43,999 bases of DNA from positions 1 through 43,999 of the forward strand of contig MGCE01000066.1 in assembly GCA_001790315.1 (NCBI GenBank), in the 5' to 3' direction. The stretch is from Candidatus Rokubacteria bacterium RIFCSPLOWO2_02_FULL_72_37 (GTDB lineage Bacteria; Methylomirabilota; Methylomirabilia; Rokubacteriales; CSP1-6). Within the stretch, counting starts at the first letter, position 1. Each line of letters begins with the position of its first letter. Positions 26,368 to 35,900 of this stretch are shown here, one piece after another. The position numbers were made by a program, and so were the translations under genes. The notes beneath the pieces were generated by a model that had not been told where the DNA came from, searched no databases, and worked only from the letters and a program-made list of their open reading frames with translations.

Positions 26368-26580
26368 GTGAAGGCGGGCATTCATCCGGACTATGTGGAC
26401 ACGACGATCACCTGCGCGTGCGGGGAGGTGGTCCGCACCCGCTCGACCCGGTCCGAGATCCGGGTGGAGATCTGCTCCAAGTGCCATCCCTTCTACACGG
26501 GGAAGCAGAAGCTCGTGGACACGGCCGGGCGCGTCGAGCGCTTCCAGCGGAAGTACAGGCGCCAGACCGCGGCGTCGTAG
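26368..26580 (+). CDS. rpmE: 50S ribosomal protein L31 (Zn-ribbon type)
   Basis: 70 aa, GTG start preceded by GAGGAGGGA. Translation MKAGIHPDY...CACG...[13 protein letters not shown], with all four Cys ligands present. Confidence 0.93.
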   Translation: MKAGIHPDYVDTTITCACGEVVRTRSTRSEIRVEICSKCHPFYTGKQKLVDTAGRVERFQRKYRRQTAAS

Positions 26581-26591
26581 CGGCCGCTCCG

Positions 26592-26629
26592 AAACCGGCT
26601 GGGTTGGGCTTCCCGCCGGTTTTTTGTTT
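26592..26629 (+). terminator. Rho-independent terminator after rpmE
   Basis: AAACCGGC (26592..26599) pairs with GCCGGTTT (26615..26622). The stem runs into the tract TTTTTTGTTT that ends at 26629. This is the only canonical stem plus T-tract I found in the window. Confidence 0.6.
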
Positions 26630-26652
26630 GCTGACCCGGGAGGCGCCGAGGC

Positions 26653-27729
26653 GTGATGCTGTTTGACAAGCTCCGCCAGATCGAAGAGCGGTCGAACGAG
26701 CTCGCCCGTCTCCTCTCCGATCCCGCCATCTTCTCGACGCCGGCCGACTACGCCCGCCTCCGGAAGGAGCACGCGGAGATCCACGAAGTGGTGGCGCGCT
26801 TCGCCGAGTACCGCGACGTGCTGCGGCGCCTCGGAGAGGCCCGGCACATCCTCGAGGAGGGCGGCGACCCGGAGTTGCTCGAGCTCGCGCAGGCCGAGAT
26901 CGACGACCTCAGCCGGCGCGAGGCGGAGCTCGAGGAGGAGCTCAAGCGGCTCCTCCTCCCGCGCGACCCGAACGACGAGAAGAACGTGTTCGTCGAGATC
27001 CGGGCGGGTGCGGGGGGAGACGAGGCCGCGCTGTTCGCGGCCGACCTCGCCCGCATGTACACGAAGTACGCCGAACGCCGCCGGTGGAAGGTCGAGGTCA
27101 TGGATGCCAGCGCCACCGGTGTGGGCGGCTACAAGGAGATCATCCTGTTCGTCCAGGGACGCGGGGCGTGGAGCCGGCTGAAGTTCGAGCGCGGCGTCCA
27201 CCGCGTGCAGCGCGTGCCCGTCACCGAGTCGGCCGGCCGGATCCACACCTCGACCGTCACCGTCGCCGTGCTGCCCGAGGCGGAGGACGTGGACGTGAAG
27301 GTGGACGAGCGAGACCTCCGCGTCGACGTCTACCGCTCCTCCGGGCCGGGAGGGCAGGGCGTGAACACGACCGACTCGGCCGTGCGCATCACGCACGTGC
27401 CGAGCGGGCTCGTCGTCACCTGCCAGGACGAGCGCTCGCAGATCAAGAATCGCGCGAAGGCGATGCGGGTGCTCAAGGCGCGACTCCTCGAGCGCGCCCA
27501 GGAGGAGCAGCAGGCGGCCATCGCCGCGGACCGCCGCAGCCAGGTCGGGACCGGGGAACGGAGCGAGCGGATCCGGACGTACAACTTCCCGCAGACGCGG
27601 GTCACCGACCATCGCGTGGGCCTCACGCTGCACCGCCTGCCGGCGGTGCTCGAGGGCGACCTCGACGAGCTGCTGGATGCGCTGGCGGCCGCGGAGCAGG
27701 CCGAGCGCCTGCAGCGGGTCGCGGGCTGA
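26653..27729 (+). CDS. prfA: Peptide chain release factor 1
   Basis: 358 aa. Contains the PVT tripeptide (RVPVTES) and the GGQ motif ([20 protein letters not shown]). The start is GTG 26653 or ATG 26656. Confidence 0.93.
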   Translation: MMLFDKLRQIEERSNELARLLSDPAIFSTPADYARLRKEHAEIHEVVARFAEYRDVLRRLGEARHILEEGGDPELLELAQAEIDDLSRREAELEEELKRLLLPRDPNDEKNVFVEIRAGAGGDEAALFAADLARMYTKYAERRRWKVEVMDASATGVGGYKEIILFVQGRGAWSRLKFERGVHRVQRVPVTESAGRIHTSTVTVAVLPEAEDVDVKVDERDLRVDVYRSSGPGGQGVNTTDSAVRITHVPSGLVVTCQDERSQIKNRAKAMRVLKARLLERAQEEQQAAIAADRRSQVGTGERSERIRTYNFPQTRVTDHRVGLTLHRLPAVLEGDLDELLDALAAAEQAERLQRVAG

Positions 27730-28652
27730 TGGCGGCGTCCGAGCGCCTCGGCGCCGCGCTCCGGGCCGCGGTCGTCCGGTTGACGGCGGCGGGCATCGAG
27801 GCGCCGCGCGTGGATGCGGAGTGGCTCGTGGCCGACGTGCTCGACACAAGCCGGCCGGCGCTCGCCCTCCGCCTCGACGAGCCGCTCCTGCCCGAGCTCG
27901 CGCGGCGCCTCGAGGCCATGGTGGCGCAGCGCGCGGCACGGATTCCGCTGCAGCGCATCGTCGGCGCCGCGCACTTCCGCGGGCTCGCGTTGCGCATCAC
28001 GCCCGACGTGCTCGTTCCTCGGCCGGAGACCGAGCTACTCGTCGAGCTCGCGCTCGACGATCTCCCGGTCCTGGGGCGTCGGCTCCGCGCGGTGGACCTC
28101 GGCACGGGGTCGGGCTGCATCGCCTGCGCGCTCGCCGCCGAGCGCCCGGACCTCGACGTGCTCGCCGTGGACCGTGTGGAAGCGGCGGCGCGCGTGGCGC
28201 GCGCGAACGCGCGCGCCCTCGGGCTCGCCGGCCGCGTCCGGGTCGTGGTGGGCGACGTCCACGAGGCGCTGCGCGCGGGCGGAGCCGATCTCCTCGTGGC
28301 GAATCCGCCCTATCTCCCCAGCGCGCTGATCGAGAGGCTCGCCCCCGAGGTGCGCGACCACGAGCCCCGCGCCGCCCTGGACGGCGGGGCCGACGGGCTC
28401 GACGTCGTTCGGAGGATCGTGGCGGCGGCGCCTCAGGTACTGCGGCCGGGTGGCGCCCTGTGGCTCGAGATCTTGGGGCAAGAGCAGTCCGTCGTCGTGC
28501 AGGAGCTCCTGGCGCGCGAGCCGGGCTTCGATGGGACGCCGGTCGTGCGGAAGGACCTCGCCGGCTTCACGCGGTTCGTCGCCGCCTGGCGGCCCGGCCG
28601 TGCCCGGCGCGGCCCGGCGTCGGCGCGTCTCGTCGTGACGGGGAGGGGCTGA
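27729..28652 (+). CDS. prmC: Release factor glutamine N5-methyltransferase
   Basis: The ATG shares one base with the prfA TGA. Motifs: [10 protein letters not shown] (SAM binding) and the catalytic VANPPYLP (NPPY). Confidence 0.88.
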   Translation: MAASERLGAALRAAVVRLTAAGIEAPRVDAEWLVADVLDTSRPALALRLDEPLLPELARRLEAMVAQRAARIPLQRIVGAAHFRGLALRITPDVLVPRPETELLVELALDDLPVLGRRLRAVDLGTGSGCIACALAAERPDLDVLAVDRVEAAARVARANARALGLAGRVRVVVGDVHEALRAGGADLLVANPPYLPSALIERLAPEVRDHEPRAALDGGADGLDVVRRIVAAAPQVLRPGGALWLEILGQEQSVVVQELLAREPGFDGTPVVRKDLAGFTRFVAAWRPGRARRGPASARLVVTGRG

Positions 28653-28654
28653 CG

Positions 28655-29908
28655 ATGGCCGCGCGGCTCGAGATCGAGGGCGGGGTGCCGTTGCGTGGCC
28701 GGGTGGCGGTGGGCAGCGCCAAGAACGCGACGCTACCCGCGCTCGCGGCGGCCCTGCTCACGTCCGAGCCGGTCCATCTGGAGAACGTTCCGGCGCTCGC
28801 CGACGTCACCACGATGGCGAGGCTGCTCGAAAGCCTCGGCGCCTCGATCGATCGCGCCGGCGCGGGGCTGATCGTGCGGGTGGCGCGGGTGGCGAGCGAC
28901 CTCGCGCCGTACGAGCTGGTGTCGACCATGCGCGCCTCGGTGCTCGTGCTCGGCCCGCTCGTGGCCCGACACGGCAGCGCGCGGGTGGCGCTGCCGGGCG
29001 GCTGCGCGATCGGCCCGCGGCCGATCGACCAGCACCTGAAAGGCCTCGGGAAGCTCGGCGCCGAGATCGCGATCGAGAACGGTTACGTCGTGGCGCGGGC
29101 GAGCCGGCTCAAGGGCGCCAGGATCACCACCGACCTGGTGACCGTCACCGGCACCGAGAACCTCATGATGGCGGCGGCGCTCGCCGAGGGCACGACGCTG
29201 ATCGAGAACGCCGCTCGCGAGCCCGAGGTCGGGGACCTCGCCGCGCTCCTCACGGCGATGGGCGCCCGCATCGAGGGCGCGGGCACGGCGCGCCTTCAGA
29301 TCGAAGGCGTGCCCGAGCTCGCGGGCGCCCGCCATCGGATCGTGCCCGATCGCATCGAGGCGGGCACGCTGATCGTCGCGGGCGCGATCACACGGGGTGA
29401 CGTGACCGTGACGGGCCTCGTGCCGGAGCACGTCTCGGCCGTTCTGGCGAAGCTCGACGAGTGCGGGGTCGCGTTCGAGGTCGGGCCCACGTGGGTCCGC
29501 GTGCGCGGTCCGGAGCGGCCGCGTGCCGCCGACGTCACGACGAGCCCGTACCCGGGTTTCCCGACCGACATGCAGGCCCAGCTCATGACGCTGCTGGGGC
29601 TCGCCGACGGCCAGTCGCGAGTGACGGAGACGATCTTCGAGAATCGCTTCATGCACGTGGCCGAGCTCGCCCGGATGGGTGCCCGCATCGAGACCGAGGG
29701 CGCGATCGCGGTCATCCGCGGCGTCCCGGAGTACCAGGGCGCGCCGGTGATGGCCTCCGACCTGCGGGCCTCGGCGGCGCTCGTGCTCGCCGGCCTCGCC
29801 GCGGCGGGCCGGACGACCGTCTCGCGCGTCTATCACCTCGACCGCGGCTACGAGAGGCTCGAGGCGAAGCTCGCGGCGCTCGGCGCGCGGATCGAGCGGC
29901 GCCCATGA
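28655..29908 (+). CDS. murA: UDP-N-acetylglucosamine 1-carboxyvinyltransferase
   Basis: 417 aa. Motifs: [34 protein letters not shown] (catalytic Cys), and [14 protein letters not shown]. Confidence 0.93.
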   Translation: MAARLEIEGGVPLRGRVAVGSAKNATLPALAAALLTSEPVHLENVPALADVTTMARLLESLGASIDRAGAGLIVRVARVASDLAPYELVSTMRASVLVLGPLVARHGSARVALPGGCAIGPRPIDQHLKGLGKLGAEIAIENGYVVARASRLKGARITTDLVTVTGTENLMMAAALAEGTTLIENAAREPEVGDLAALLTAMGARIEGAGTARLQIEGVPELAGARHRIVPDRIEAGTLIVAGAITRGDVTVTGLVPEHVSAVLAKLDECGVAFEVGPTWVRVRGPERPRAADVTTSPYPGFPTDMQAQLMTLLGLADGQSRVTETIFENRFMHVAELARMGARIETEGAIAVIRGVPEYQGAPVMASDLRASAALVLAGLAAAGRTTVSRVYHLDRGYERLEAKLAALGARIERRP

Positions 29909-30549
29909 AGGGGCGGCTGACGCTCGCCCTGCCCAAGGGGCGGCTGCTCGACGGCGCGCTCGAGCGGCTGCGCGCGCTCGGCGTGGACGGGATCGATCCG
30001 GACTCGCGCCGGTTGATCTTCATCGACGCCGCGCGCGACCTCCGCGTGCTGCTGCTGAAGCCCGCCGACGTGCCCGCGTACGTGCTCTACGGTGCCGCCG
30101 ACGTCGGCATCGTGGGCAAGGACATCCTGCTCGAGCAGGAACCCGACGTCTACGAGCCGCTCGATCTCGGCTTCGGTGTCTGCCGCCTCGTCGTCGCCGA
30201 GCCGCGCGAGTTGTGGGAGCGCGACGATCCGTCGAAGTGGTCCTGGGTGCGGGTGGCAACGAAGTACCCGCGGCTCACCGAGCAGTACTTCACGGATCGC
30301 GGCATCCAGGTGGAGATCGTGCGACTGGACGGCTCGATCGAGCTGGCGCCGCTGGTCGGTCTCGCCGAGCGCATCGTGGATCTCGTGCAGTCGGGTGAGA
30401 CGCTCCGGGCGAACGGACTCGTCGAGGTGGCGGAGATCGTCCGCTCGACCGCGCGTTTGATCGTGAATCGTGCCTCCATGAAGACCGAGCACGCGCGCAT
30501 CACCGGTCTCATCGAGGAACTGAAGACCGCGACGCGGGTGCTGCGGTGA
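29905..30549 (+). CDS. hisG: ATP phosphoribosyltransferase, short form
   Basis: 214 aa, ATGA overlap with murA. Motifs: [28 protein letters not shown], and [15 protein letters not shown]. The short form normally requires HisZ, which is not in this window. Confidence 0.9.
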   Translation: MKGRLTLALPKGRLLDGALERLRALGVDGIDPDSRRLIFIDAARDLRVLLLKPADVPAYVLYGAADVGIVGKDILLEQEPDVYEPLDLGFGVCRLVVAEPRELWERDDPSKWSWVRVATKYPRLTEQYFTDRGIQVEIVRLDGSIELAPLVGLAERIVDLVQSGETLRANGLVEVAEIVRSTARLIVNRASMKTEHARITGLIEELKTATRVLR

Positions 30550-31862
30550 TCCGTTCCCTCGACGCGCGCACCCTCGGCCTGGACGCGGTGGCGGCCGCGC
30601 TCGCGCGGTCGGCGGAGACGGTGGCGCCGGAGATCCACCACGCCGTGGACGAAATCCTCGCCGCGGTCCGAACGCGCGGCGACGCGGCCCTCCTCGAATG
30701 CACGGAGCGCTTCGACGGCTTCCGCGCCCCGTCGGCTGCGGCGCTCGCCATCTCGCCCGCAGAGTTCGAGGCCGCCGAGCGCGGCCTGGCGCCCACGATT
30801 CGCGCGGCACTCGTCTACGCTGCCGAGCGCATCGAGCGTTACCATGCCGCGGCGGTGCCGAAATCCTGGCGTCTGACCGACGAGCACGGCTCGGTCCTGG
30901 GCCAGGAGGTCCGCCCGTTGGACCGGGTCGGCCTCTATGTTCCCGGCGGGCGCGCCGCGTATCCGTCGACCGTCCTGATGACCGCCATCCCCGCGCGTGT
31001 CGCGGGCGTGCGCGACATCGTGCTCGTGACGCCGCCGGGGCGGGACGGCGCCGTCGAGCCGGTGGTGCTCGCGGCCGCGCGCCTCGCGGGCGTGACCGAG
31101 GGCTGGCGGCTGGGTGGCGCCCAGGCCATCGGGGCGCTCGCGTACGGCACGGCGACGATCCGCCGCGTGGACAAGATCGTGGGTCCGGGCAACATCTTCG
31201 TGGCGCTGGCGAAGGCGCGGGTGTTCGGCGAGGTCGGGATCGACATGATCGCCGGCCCGAGCGAGGTCGTCGTCGTGGCGGACGCCGCCGCCGACCCCGC
31301 GTGGGTCGCGGGCGACTTGCTGGCGCAGGCCGAGCACGATCCGATGGCGCGGGCAGTCCTGATCACGGATGCCGGCGGGCTGCTCTCCGCCGTGGCGCGG
31401 GAGATCGAGCGACAGCTCGCCGCGCTGCCGCGCCGGGAGATCGCCGCCCAGGCGCTCGCAGCGAACGGCGCCCTGGTCCAGGTCGCCTCGCTGCACGACG
31501 CCGTCGAGCTGGCGAACCGGCTGGCGCCCGAGCACCTGGAGCTGATGGTTGCGGTCCCGGCCGACCTGCTGCCGCGCGTGCGGCACGCCGGCGCGGTCTT
31601 CCTCGGCGGTCACACGCCCGAAGTCGTCGGTGATTACGTGGCCGGTCCCAACCACGTGCTCCCGACGGGCGGGACCGCCCGGTTCGGCTCGCCGCTCGGC
31701 ACGGAGGATTTCGTGAAACGCTCGAGCATCATCGAGTACTCGCCTGGCGGGCTCGCCGCCGCGGCGGCGCACCTGACTGCGCTCTCGCGCCTCGAGGGGC
31801 TCGAGGGCCACGGGCGCGCGGCGGAGCTCAGGCTCGCGAGCGAGGGGAGGGCCAAGGCATGA
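30546..31862 (+). CDS. hisD: Histidinol dehydrogenase
   Basis: 438 aa, GTGA overlap with hisG. Motifs: LYVPGGRAAYPSTVLM, IAGPSEVVVVAD, AQAEHDP. Confidence 0.92.
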   Translation: MIRSLDARTLGLDAVAAALARSAETVAPEIHHAVDEILAAVRTRGDAALLECTERFDGFRAPSAAALAISPAEFEAAERGLAPTIRAALVYAAERIERYHAAAVPKSWRLTDEHGSVLGQEVRPLDRVGLYVPGGRAAYPSTVLMTAIPARVAGVRDIVLVTPPGRDGAVEPVVLAAARLAGVTEGWRLGGAQAIGALAYGTATIRRVDKIVGPGNIFVALAKARVFGEVGIDMIAGPSEVVVVADAAADPAWVAGDLLAQAEHDPMARAVLITDAGGLLSAVAREIERQLAALPRREIAAQALAANGALVQVASLHDAVELANRLAPEHLELMVAVPADLLPRVRHAGAVFLGGHTPEVVGDYVAGPNHVLPTGGTARFGSPLGTEDFVKRSSIIEYSPGGLAAAAAHLTALSRLEGLEGHGRAAELRLASEGRAKA

Positions 31863-32467
31863 GCGTGGACGCGGCAGGCCGGCACGCCCGGATCGAGCGC
31901 AAGACCAAAGAGACGGAGATCACGATCCACGTGAACCTCGACGGCACGGGTGCGTCGAAGGTGCGCACGCCGATCCCGTTCTTCAGCCACATGCTCGAGG
32001 CGTGGTCGAAACACGGTCTCCTGGACCTCGCCGTCGAGGCCCAGGGCGACGTCGAGGTGGACCAGCACCATACGGTCGAGGACGTGGGGATCGTGCTCGG
32101 CCAGGCGCTCCGCCAGGCGCTCGGCGACAAGCGGGGGATCGTGCGGTACGGCACCGCCTGGATCCCGATGGACGAGACGCTCGTGTCGGCGGCCGTGGAC
32201 CTCTCGGGTCGACCGTACCTCGTGTTCGCCGTGCCCGTGGCGCGCCAGCGGGTTTCCAACTTCGACCTGGACCTCCTCCAGGAGTTCTTCCGCGCGCTGG
32301 CGTTCAACGCGGAGATCACCCTCCACGTGACCCTGCACTACGGCCACAATCTGCACCACATCACCGAGGCGGTGTTCAAAGCTGTGGGCCGAGCGCTCGC
32401 CGCGGCGACGCGGATCGATCCGCGTGTCGCGGACCTCGTGCCGTCGACGAAGGGCCGCCTCGGATGA
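31859..32467 (+). CDS. hisB: Imidazoleglycerol-phosphate dehydratase
   Basis: 202 aa, ATGA overlap with hisD. Motifs: RKTKETEI, DQHHTVEDVGIVLG, and GHNLHHITEAVFKA. Confidence 0.92.
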   Translation: MSVDAAGRHARIERKTKETEITIHVNLDGTGASKVRTPIPFFSHMLEAWSKHGLLDLAVEAQGDVEVDQHHTVEDVGIVLGQALRQALGDKRGIVRYGTAWIPMDETLVSAAVDLSGRPYLVFAVPVARQRVSNFDLDLLQEFFRALAFNAEITLHVTLHYGHNLHHITEAVFKAVGRALAAATRIDPRVADLVPSTKGRLG

Positions 32468-32504
32468 TGCCAGTGCGAGCCGCAACCGCAGGCGAGGCGA
32501 GCCC

Positions 32505-33263
32505 ATGATTGCCATCGTCGACTACGGGCGCGGGAACCTCGGCTCGGTCGAGAAGGCCTTCGGGCGGGTGGGCATCCCCGCGGTCGTCACTCAGGACCCG
32601 CGCGCCGTCGACGAGGCCGACGCGGTGGTGTTGCCGGGAGACGGCGCATTCCACGACGCGATGATGAACCTCGAACGGCTGGGTTTGCTGGCGCCTCTCC
32701 GGCGGGCCCTCGACGGCACCCGACCGTTCCTCGGGATCTGCCTCGGCTACCAGCTCCTCTTCTCGTCGAGCGAGGAGTTCGGCGAAGGACGCGGGCTCGA
32801 CGTGATCCCGGGCGTCGTCCGCCGTTTCCCGCCCGGTCGGAAGATCCCCCACATGGGCTGGAACTGCGTCGAGCACGGCGGCGACCTGCGACTCCTCGAG
32901 GGGGTGCCCTCGGGAGCATATTTCTACTTCGTCCACTCGTATTATCCCGTTGTAGCGGGGACCGTGAGATCGGCTTCAGTTGTAGCGAGGGCCGCGAGGC
33001 CGGCTTCAACCGAGGGTGGCCTGCCACAGGCACGTGTGGCTGCGGGCGCGCGGCGAGCCTCGGAGGAGAGCCCGTCCCGGATGCGTGTGGCTCCGGACGC
33101 GCCGACTCTGCGCGTCGCGTGGTGCGACTACGGAGTCCGCTTCGCGGCGGCGGTGGAGCACGGGCGGATCCACGCCACGCAGTTCCACCCCGAGAAGAGC
33201 CAGCGCTGGGGCCTTCGGATGCTCGAGAACTTCGCGGCGATCGTGAAGGGCGGGGGCCGATGA
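32505..33263 (+). CDS. hisH: Imidazole glycerol phosphate synthase glutaminase subunit, carrying an in-frame insertion of about 46 codons
   Basis: 252 aa, versus about 200 aa typically. Motifs: [24 protein letters not shown] (catalytic Cys), and QFHPEKS (His/Glu). FVHSYYPV and VAWCDYG are normally separated by about a dozen residues. Here they are separated by [54 protein letters not shown]. Confidence 0.85.
   Translation: MIAIVDYGRGNLGSVEKAFGRVGIPAVVTQDPRAVDEADAVVLPGDGAFHDAMMNLERLGLLAPLRRALDGTRPFLGICLGYQLLFSSSEEFGEGRGLDVIPGVVRRFPPGRKIPHMGWNCVEHGGDLRLLEGVPSGAYFYFVHSYYPVVAGTVRSASVVARAARPASTEGGLPQARVAAGARRASEESPSRMRVAPDAPTLRVAWCDYGVRFAAAVEHGRIHATQFHPEKSQRWGLRMLENFAAIVKGGGR
32949..33091 (+). 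repeat. Intragenic copy of the repeat family also found in the tRNA spacers; its 30-nt head is tandemly duplicated
   Basis: From 32980, TTGTAGCGAGGGCCGCGAGGCCGGCTTCAACCGAGGGTGGCCTG... aligns by hand with TTGTAACGAGGGCCGCGTGGCCGGCTCGAATCGTGGGTGGCCTG... at 43576. That is 24/26 identities followed by 14/18, and it is looser further 3'. A second head unit lies at 32949..32978. The boundaries are approximate. Confidence 0.65.
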
Positions 33264-33982
33264 TCGTCATTCCCGCCGTCGACCTGCGCGCCGGGCGTTG
33301 TGTGCGCCTGCGGGAGGGCCGGGCCGACCAGGAGACGGTGTTCTCGGAGGATCCCGTCGCGGCGGCGCTGCGCTGGAAGGCGTGCGGCGCCGAGCGACTC
33401 CACGTGGTGGACCTCGACGGTGCCTTCGCGGGCGAACCCAGGCAGACGGCGCTGATCGCCGCGATCGTCGCGGCCGTGACGCCCCTGCCTGTCGAGGTCG
33501 GGGGCGGGCTCAGGAGCCTCGGCGCACTCGAAGCCGCGCTCGAGGCCGGCGCGCGGTGGGCCGTCGTCGGCACGCGTGCCACGCTCGACCCGGACTTTCT
33601 CGGCGAGGCCTGCCGGAAGTTCCCGGGACGCATCGTCGCTGCGGTCGACGGACGCGGAGAGCGCGTCGCGGTCCGAGGCTGGACCGAGCTGGCGGACGCG
33701 AGCGTGGTGGAGGTGGGCGGCCGCGCCCGCGATGCCGGTGCCACCGCGCTCCTCTACACGGACGTGACCCGCGACGGCACGGAGCTCGGACCGAACATCG
33801 AGGCGACCGCCGCGCTGGCGCGCGCCGTCGAGCTGCCCATCCTCGCCTCGGGCGGCGTCGCGCGCGTGGACGACCTGGTGCGCCTTGCGGCGATCCCGCG
33901 CGTGGTCGGCACGATCGTCGGGCGGGCGCTCTACACCGGCGCGATCGACCTGACCGCCGCGCTGGCGGCGCTGGAAGGCTGA
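33260..33982 (+). CDS. hisA: ProFAR isomerase (1-(5-phosphoribosyl)-5-[(5-phosphoribosylamino)methylideneamino]imidazole-4-carboxamide isomerase)
   Basis: 240 aa, ATGA overlap with hisH. Motifs: [34 protein letters not shown], and ASGGV. Confidence 0.9.
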   Translation: MIVIPAVDLRAGRCVRLREGRADQETVFSEDPVAAALRWKACGAERLHVVDLDGAFAGEPRQTALIAAIVAAVTPLPVEVGGGLRSLGALEAALEAGARWAVVGTRATLDPDFLGEACRKFPGRIVAAVDGRGERVAVRGWTELADASVVEVGGRARDAGATALLYTDVTRDGTELGPNIEATAALARAVELPILASGGVARVDDLVRLAAIPRVVGTIVGRALYTGAIDLTAALAALEG

Positions 33983-34743
33983 TGCTCGCCAAGCGCGTCA
34001 TCCCCTGTCTCGACGTCAAGGATGGCCGCGTCGTCAAGGGGGTGCGCTTCGTGGACCTCCGCGACGCCGGCGACCCGGTCGAGGCGGCGCTCGCCTACGA
34101 CGCGCAGGGCGCCGACGAGCTCGTGTTCCTCGACATCACGGCCTCCCACGAGGACCGTGACATCATGCTCGACGTCGTGCGCCGGACGGCAGAGGGCGTC
34201 TACATGCCGCTGACCGTCGGGGGAGGGGTCCGCTCGATCGAGGACGTCCGGCGCCTGCTCCGCGCAGGCGCCGACAAGGTCTCGCTCAACACGGCGGCGC
34301 TCGAGCGCCCCACCCTCATCCGCGAGGCGGCGGAGCGCTTCGGCAGCCAGTGCATCGTCATCGCCATCGACGCCAGGCGGGAGGGCGCGTCCTGGGGCGT
34401 GTACAGTCACGGCGGCCGCCGTCCCGTCGGGCGCGACGCGGTCGAATGGGCGCGCGAGGCGGGGGCCCTCGGCGCGGGCGAGATCCTCCTGACCAGCATG
34501 GACCGCGACGGCACCAAGGACGGCTACGACCTCGAGCTGACGCGCGCCATCTCTCAGGCGGTGCCGGTGCCGGTGATCGCGTCCGGCGGCGCCGGCTCGC
34601 TCGAGCACCTGTGGGAGGGGCTCGTCGAGGGCTGCGCCGACGCGGTGCTCGCGGCGTCCATCTTCCACTTCGGCATCTACACGATCGCGGAGGCGAAGGC
34701 GTACTTGCGCGACCGCGGCGTGCCCGTGCGGCTCGAGCCGTGA
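33982..34743 (+). CDS. hisF: Imidazole glycerol phosphate synthase cyclase subunit
   Basis: 253 aa; the start shares one base with the hisA TGA. Motifs: [36 protein letters not shown], and IASGGAG. Confidence 0.92.
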   Translation: MLAKRVIPCLDVKDGRVVKGVRFVDLRDAGDPVEAALAYDAQGADELVFLDITASHEDRDIMLDVVRRTAEGVYMPLTVGGGVRSIEDVRRLLRAGADKVSLNTAALERPTLIREAAERFGSQCIVIAIDARREGASWGVYSHGGRRPVGRDAVEWAREAGALGAGEILLTSMDRDGTKDGYDLELTRAISQAVPVPVIASGGAGSLEHLWEGLVEGCADAVLAASIFHFGIYTIAEAKAYLRDRGVPVRLEP

Positions 34744-35381
34744 CGCTGGACGAGCTCAGGTTCGACGGCGGCGGGTTGCTCCCGGCGGTCGTCCAGGAGG
34801 CGGACACGGGCGAGCTCTTGATGGTCGCCTGGATGGACCGTGCGGCCGTCGAGGCGACCCTGGCGACGGGCGTGACGCACTTCTGGTCCCGCTCGCGCGG
34901 CGTGCCATGGCGGAAGGGCGAAACGTCCGGCCACACGCAGCACGTGCAAGCGGTCTATGCCGACTGCGACCGCGACACGCTGCTCGTGCAGGTCCACCAG
35001 GAGGGTGTGGCCTGCCACACCGGCGAACGGACCTGCTTCTTCACCTCGCTCGGCCCCGGCGCCCTCGTCCCGCCGCCGGCCCACATGCTCGAACGACTGG
35101 AGCGCACGATCGACGCCCGCAAGGTAAGCCCGCCCGCTGGCTCGTACGTGGCCGGGCTCCTGGCGGCGGGCCGGGCGGCGATCTGCCGCAAGGTCGGCGA
35201 GGAGGCCACGGAAGTGATCACGGCGGCGCTCGGGGGGGAAGGCGATCGGCGGGTCGTCGAGGAGGTCGCCGACCTCTGGTTCCACACGCTGGTGCTCCTG
35301 GGAGAGTGCGGGATCCCGTTCCGCGAGGTGCTCGAAGAGCTCGCGCGACGCCATGCGCGGCGCAGCGCGCCCGACCGCTAG
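34740..35381 (+). CDS. hisIE: Bifunctional phosphoribosyl-AMP cyclohydrolase / phosphoribosyl-ATP pyrophosphatase
   Basis: 213 aa, GTGA overlap with hisF. Cyclohydrolase part: [39 protein letters not shown], and [17 protein letters not shown] part: [10 protein letters not shown] and [14 protein letters not shown]. Confidence 0.9.
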   Translation: MTLDELRFDGGGLLPAVVQEADTGELLMVAWMDRAAVEATLATGVTHFWSRSRGVPWRKGETSGHTQHVQAVYADCDRDTLLVQVHQEGVACHTGERTCFFTSLGPGALVPPPAHMLERLERTIDARKVSPPAGSYVAGLLAAGRAAICRKVGEEATEVITAALGGEGDRRVVEEVADLWFHTLVLLGECGIPFREVLEELARRHARRSAPDR

Positions 35382-35895
35382 GCGCCGGCGCACGCTCGCG
35401 CTCGTGGGGGCGCTCGGCGTGCTCGTCGTCGCGACGCTCGGGGGCTGCGCCGGCCGGCGCTTCGAGGGCGGCGCGTTCCACTCGCCCAAGGGATACCGGG
35501 TCGCTTTGCCGGGAGGCGCCTGGGTCGTGGACGACGCGAGCGAGGCCGACCTGGTGCTGCGGCACCGCGCAGCCCCCGCGGCCGTGCTGGTGAACGCCGA
35601 GTGCGGGCGGGCACCCGGCGCGCGCACACCCGAGGTGCTGGCGCGCCACCTGTTCATCGGCGTCCGAGGCCGTGTCGTGGTCGAGCGCGCCGACACGACG
35701 GTCGGCGGTCGGCCCGCGGCGCACGCCGTGGTGGACGGGCGTGCCGACGCCGACGGCGCGCCGGCGCGCATCGAGGTGTACGTGGTCAAGGGCGAGCGCT
35801 GCATCTACGATCTCGTGTACGCGGCGCCACCGGCCGAGTTCCAGAGATGGGCGGCCGACTTCCAGAGGCTCGTCGGGAGCTTCGTGGTGGAGTAG
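35353..35895 (+). CDS. Hypothetical lipoprotein of unrecognised family
   Basis: 180 aa. Arg-rich n-region plus lipobox: [32 protein letters not shown]. Codon usage is good. 29-nt overlap with hisIE. Lies immediately upstream of mlaE. I recognise no motifs. Confidence 0.6.
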   Translation: MRGAARPTARRRRTLALVGALGVLVVATLGGCAGRRFEGGAFHSPKGYRVALPGGAWVVDDASEADLVLRHRAAPAAVLVNAECGRAPGARTPEVLARHLFIGVRGRVVVERADTTVGGRPAAHAVVDGRADADGAPARIEVYVVKGERCIYDLVYAAPPAEFQRWAADFQRLVGSFVVE

Positions 35896-35900
35896 AGGAG

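Noticed and set aside
32949-33008. Possible CRISPR repeat: 30-nt units beginning GTTGTAGC and ending GCTTCA(AC), with an internal GGCC-N4-GGCC mini-hairpin
   Set aside because: The two units are directly adjacent with no spacer. There are only two units, they lie inside an intact hisH reading frame, and no cas genes are in the window.
32505-33263. hisH as a pseudogene disrupted by the repeat insertion
   Set aside because: The frame is continuous, and the insert length is a multiple of three. The catalytic Cys (GICLGYQ) and His/Glu (HPE) motifs are intact. The ATGA coupling to hisA is preserved. Function cannot be proven from sequence, so it is reported as an intact CDS with an insertion.
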